From a virus (lineage: Duplodnaviria; Caudoviricetes): a stretch of 64,000 nt of DNA. Location: IMG/VR virus record IMGVR_UViG_3300028591_000183, positions 10,239-74,238 of that record, one strand, 5' to 3'. A program made the translations under genes and the position numbers. Below the pieces are notes generated by a model. That model did no database searches, was not told the DNA's origin, and saw nothing but the letters and a program-made list of their open reading frames with translations. Below, in pieces: positions 61,139 through 64,000 of this stretch (position 1 is its first letter; every line of letters starts with the position of its first letter).

Positions 61139-62104
61139 ATGGCAACTGCTATGAGTTTCGGTACTCCCAATTTTAGCGGAATGTTGTTCAGAAAAGGCGT
61201 TGAGAAAACACCTTTTTCAACAATCATCGGCGCAGGACGTGGGTTTACCAATCATGTAGAGTTCGTATGCGGACAGTATTACAACTCAATCCAAGGTTCA
61301 CAGCCAAACATTTCTGAGAGTGCATCACTTACAGCACCCGAAGCAAATGTGGCTACAAGAAGCCAACTTACAAACGTAACTCAGATTTTCCAAGAGTCTG
61401 TAAGCGTATCTTACGCTAAAGAGTCTAATATGGGAACAATGAGTGGCGTTAATGTTGCAGGACAGCAACCTAACCCTCAGAGTGAGTTGGAGTTCCAAAT
61501 TTCAAGAACAATGGCTAAGATTGCGCAGGACATTGAGTACACATTCATCAATGGTCAGTACAACAAGGCTACCAATGACAACGAAGTAAATAAGTCAAGA
61601 GGTATCCTTACAGCAATCACAACAAACGTCATCAATGCGGGCGGTGATGGGCTTACACGTAACCTCATTACCAAGGCTCTTATGGCTATCGCTAACGCAG
61701 GTGGTGATATCTCTAACATCATTGTTGGTGTTCCTGCTATCCACCTTGCACAGCTTGACTACGATGCAAACAAGAATGGCATGACAGCCGTTCCTAGAGA
61801 GCGTGAGATTAACGGTCTTAGGATTCAGACAGTTCTTACACCTCTTGGTGCAGTAGGCGTACAGCTTATGGAAACAATTCCTGTAGGCACAGCTCTTGTA
61901 TTTAATCCTACAGTTATGCGTCCTATGGAACAGCCTACACCGAATAAGGGTAACTTCTTCCTTGAGCCACTTGCAAAAGTTGGTGCAGGTGAGAACTACC
62001 AAATCTTCGGTCAGATTGGACTTGACCACGGCGCAGAGTGGGTATCTGCTAAGATTACAGGAATGTCTGAGGACTTCCCCGAAGACCCTGTTGTAAGTGG
62101 CTGA
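61139..62104 (+). CDS. Major capsid protein (SU10/DUF5309-like)
   Basis: TPFSTIIG...NVTQIFQESVSVS...DIEYTFING...YGQIG-like FGQIGLDHG. Confidence 0.85.
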   Translation: MATAMSFGTPNFSGMLFRKGVEKTPFSTIIGAGRGFTNHVEFVCGQYYNSIQGSQPNISESASLTAPEANVATRSQLTNVTQIFQESVSVSYAKESNMGTMSGVNVAGQQPNPQSELEFQISRTMAKIAQDIEYTFINGQYNKATNDNEVNKSRGILTAITTNVINAGGDGLTRNLITKALMAIANAGGDISNIIVGVPAIHLAQLDYDANKNGMTAVPREREINGLRIQTVLTPLGAVGVQLMETIPVGTALVFNPTVMRPMEQPTPNKGNFFLEPLAKVGAGENYQIFGQIGLDHGAEWVSAKITGMSEDFPEDPVVSG

Positions 62105-62130
62105 TAAAGCCTGTATGAAAAGGATGATAT

Positions 62131-62460
62131 ATGAACATAGCAACTTTTAGGACTATCTTAGGTGAAACAACTCTTACTGATGAACAGCTTGAAGTTTTAC
62201 TTGAAAGAGCAAAACGTATGGCTATCAATCATTATTTTTGGAAAGAGGATGACGAGCCTACAGAAGATGAAAAAGAAAAGTTCATAAATCGGTATGAGTA
62301 TGAAATCTATGACTATGCCAAGACCGTTGTGGATAGCTCTAAGCGTGATGGGATGATTGAGTTCTCTGAGCTTGGAGTTACAAGGCGGTGGGAGAGTGGC
62401 GGTGACAAGTCCGTGGATAATGCCTTGAATCTTATCCCTGTAAAGACATACATACTGTAG
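62131..62460 (+). CDS. Head-tail connector (adaptor)
   Basis: LEVLLERAK..AINH..; GMIEFSELGVTRRW; synteny. Confidence 0.7.
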   Translation: MNIATFRTILGETTLTDEQLEVLLERAKRMAINHYFWKEDDEPTEDEKEKFINRYEYEIYDYAKTVVDSSKRDGMIEFSELGVTRRWESGGDKSVDNALNLIPVKTYIL

Positions 62461-62469
62461 GAGGTTCTT

Positions 62470-62865
62470 ATGTTTGATTTAGAAGAAAATCAAAGAGAAT
62501 TTTACTATCAGTTATATGTTGCTGAAACAGATGGGTTAGATGAAGAAGGTTATTTCACGGGAGAAGCTAAGTCTTCTTATACAGCCCCAATTAAGGCAAA
62601 GGCTATGATTAGTGAGAATACTTCTGAAACGGCAGAAATGCCTTTTGGAAAAGACCTTGTTTATGACAAGATGATATCCACGGTGCAGGATTTACCGATA
62701 GACGAGTATTCAAGATTATTCATTGACGTTGTTCCCGTTCTTAATGAGGACGGGACAACGGATACTAAACCCGATTACAAGGTCAAAAAAGTTGCGAAGG
62801 GAATATATCAGAAGGTATGGGCTATCCAACGGGTAGATGGTTATGGAGAAGATAATCAAGGTTAA
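62470..62865 (+). CDS. Head closure / stopper protein
   Basis: Synteny; PIDEYSRLFID...PDYKVKKVA. Confidence 0.6.
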   Translation: MFDLEENQREFYYQLYVAETDGLDEEGYFTGEAKSSYTAPIKAKAMISENTSETAEMPFGKDLVYDKMISTVQDLPIDEYSRLFIDVVPVLNEDGTTDTKPDYKVKKVAKGIYQKVWAIQRVDGYGEDNQG

Positions 62866-63379
62866 TCCGTTAAAACTGTCTAGTATAAACAAGGCAATCA
62901 AAGACCTTGAACAGTATCGAAAGACGCTGAGAGAGTTTCCCGAAAAATATGTAAGAGCTTTGTCGGAGTTCTTTGCACAAACATTGAATATTGAAGCACC
63001 TAATATGACCTCTCATTGGGTGATGGATATAAGAGAAACCGATAAAGGTGTCGAAGGTGTTTTCATATTTGATGGACTTGTACAGTTTGTAGAGTTTGGT
63101 AGTGGGCTTGTAGGTAGCATGAATCACGAAGGAATAAATGATGAATGGCTATCTAAATTGCCCCCACCATATAATATAGGCTACGAATCGAATAAGGGTG
63201 GATTTGCTCACTATTTGGATAAACAGGGAGTTGACTATTGGGTTTATCCAAAAGACGGTCAATTCTATTCCACATACGGGCAGAAAGCTAACCCTTTTAT
63301 TTACAGGTCTGTAAATGAACTGCTTGAAAAGAGAGCAGAGATATTTGAGCAGGTAAGAAATGCAGGATTAGGAGTATGA
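62837..63379 (+). CDS. HK97 gp10-like neck protein
   Basis: FVEFGSG...GQKANPFIY; synteny. Confidence 0.6.
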   Translation: MVMEKIIKVNPLKLSSINKAIKDLEQYRKTLREFPEKYVRALSEFFAQTLNIEAPNMTSHWVMDIRETDKGVEGVFIFDGLVQFVEFGSGLVGSMNHEGINDEWLSKLPPPYNIGYESNKGGFAHYLDKQGVDYWVYPKDGQFYSTYGQKANPFIYRSVNELLEKRAEIFEQVRNAGLGV

Positions 63380-63380
63380 A

Positions 63381-63743
63381 ATGGTAAAAGATAAACATAA
63401 CCAAATCTATACCGAATTGATAACTTACATGCGAGAAATATACCCCTCTCTTAAGGGTGGAACTGTATATGACGAGAACCAACCGAAACTTCCTTTTTTG
63501 TATTTTTATCAAATAGATGGGTCTACAGGGTTGACGACATTATCTAATACAGAGGATGGAATAAATCTTGCTTTTCAAATTGAGATATATACGAAAGATG
63601 GAATGGATAAGGCAAGGGAAATGGCTAACTTGGTACGTAAATTTATGATTTCTAAGGGTTTTAGATGCCGAGCGTTTTTACCGATGGATGGTAATTCAAA
63701 TGTAAGTCGCTTTGTTGGACGGTATGGGCGACTTGATGTATAG
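63381..63743 (+). CDS. Tail terminator / completion protein
   Basis: PKLPFLYF...FQIEIYT...VRKFMISKGFR; synteny. Confidence 0.65.
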   Translation: MVKDKHNQIYTELITYMREIYPSLKGGTVYDENQPKLPFLYFYQIDGSTGLTTLSNTEDGINLAFQIEIYTKDGMDKAREMANLVRKFMISKGFRCRAFLPMDGNSNVSRFVGRYGRLDV

Positions 63744-63854
63744 GAACATTGGGCTGATAGGGGTGCGCACCCGAAAGCCGTAGCCTAGCGGTTTCAGCCC
63801 TAAAAATAGGCAAATCCCTACGGGCGTGGGAACACAACTATGGAGGATAAAAAG

Positions 63855-64000
63855 ATGGCAGTTTTATCAAATGTTTCTTACCTTTATCGTAAGGAAAATG
63901 GAACATCAACATTTGTCAAACTTGTAGATATCACTTCTGTACCCGACCTTGGTGGCGCACCCGAGCAGATTGATATTACAACTCTTTCTGCCAGAAAACA
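63855..64000 (+). CDS. Major tail protein (5' part, runs off the window)
   Basis: MAVLSNVSYLY...LVDITSVPDLGGAPEQIDITTLS; RBS GGAGG. Confidence 0.8.
   Translation, partial: MAVLSNVSYLYRKENGTSTFVKLVDITSVPDLGGAPEQIDITTLSARK

Noticed and set aside
1-64000. Stop-codon reassignment
   Set aside because: Core genes (terL, portal, capsid, primase-helicase) are full length in code 11, TAG and TGA are used as stops, and no suppressor tRNA was found

Overview
This is a 64-kb segment of an AT-rich tailed (siphovirus-like) phage genome. The host is probably a Lachnospiraceae/Clostridia member, inferred from gene families and the tRNA-Glu-type attP. Layout: small accessory genes and a receptor-binding protein (1-11 kb); attP and an apparently collapsed lysogeny module (11.1-12.3 kb); recombination/replication genes (14.8-21.8 kb); glycosyltransferases and lysis genes (24.6-29.4 kb); a leftward block with a short tyrosine recombinase, FtsK and about 25 small genes (29.4-44.6 kb); a repeat-rich non-coding zone (44.7-47.3 kb); a tRNA/ncRNA island (50.8-52.9 kb); packaging, head and start of tail genes (54.3-64 kb). 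Two features stand out. (1) A Cas7/RAMP-like gene (13219-13890) is followed by a 7-unit array of NN-G(G/T)Y pentamers. Its variable dinucleotides behave as a gapped guide code: unit 7 decodes (2 bases read, 1 skipped) to the start of a homolog of the adjacent gene. This resembles what I recall as VIPR-type RNA-guided systems. (2) Sixteen hairpins with variable stems and a conserved 8-nt loop (RNA UGUCACAG-like) punctuate the leftward gene block (36.1-44.4 kb); the 10 internal stem mismatches I scored are all G-U-compatible only on the mRNA strand. Also notable: a methyltransferase gene splitting a phage gene between 8-bp direct repeats, a probable cI-integrase deletion fusion next to an intact attP, a late-operon GAGCC-GAGCC hairpin motif, and tRNA-like elements with broken anticodon arms. 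All calls were made by eye from the sequence and ORF track; no database searches were run.
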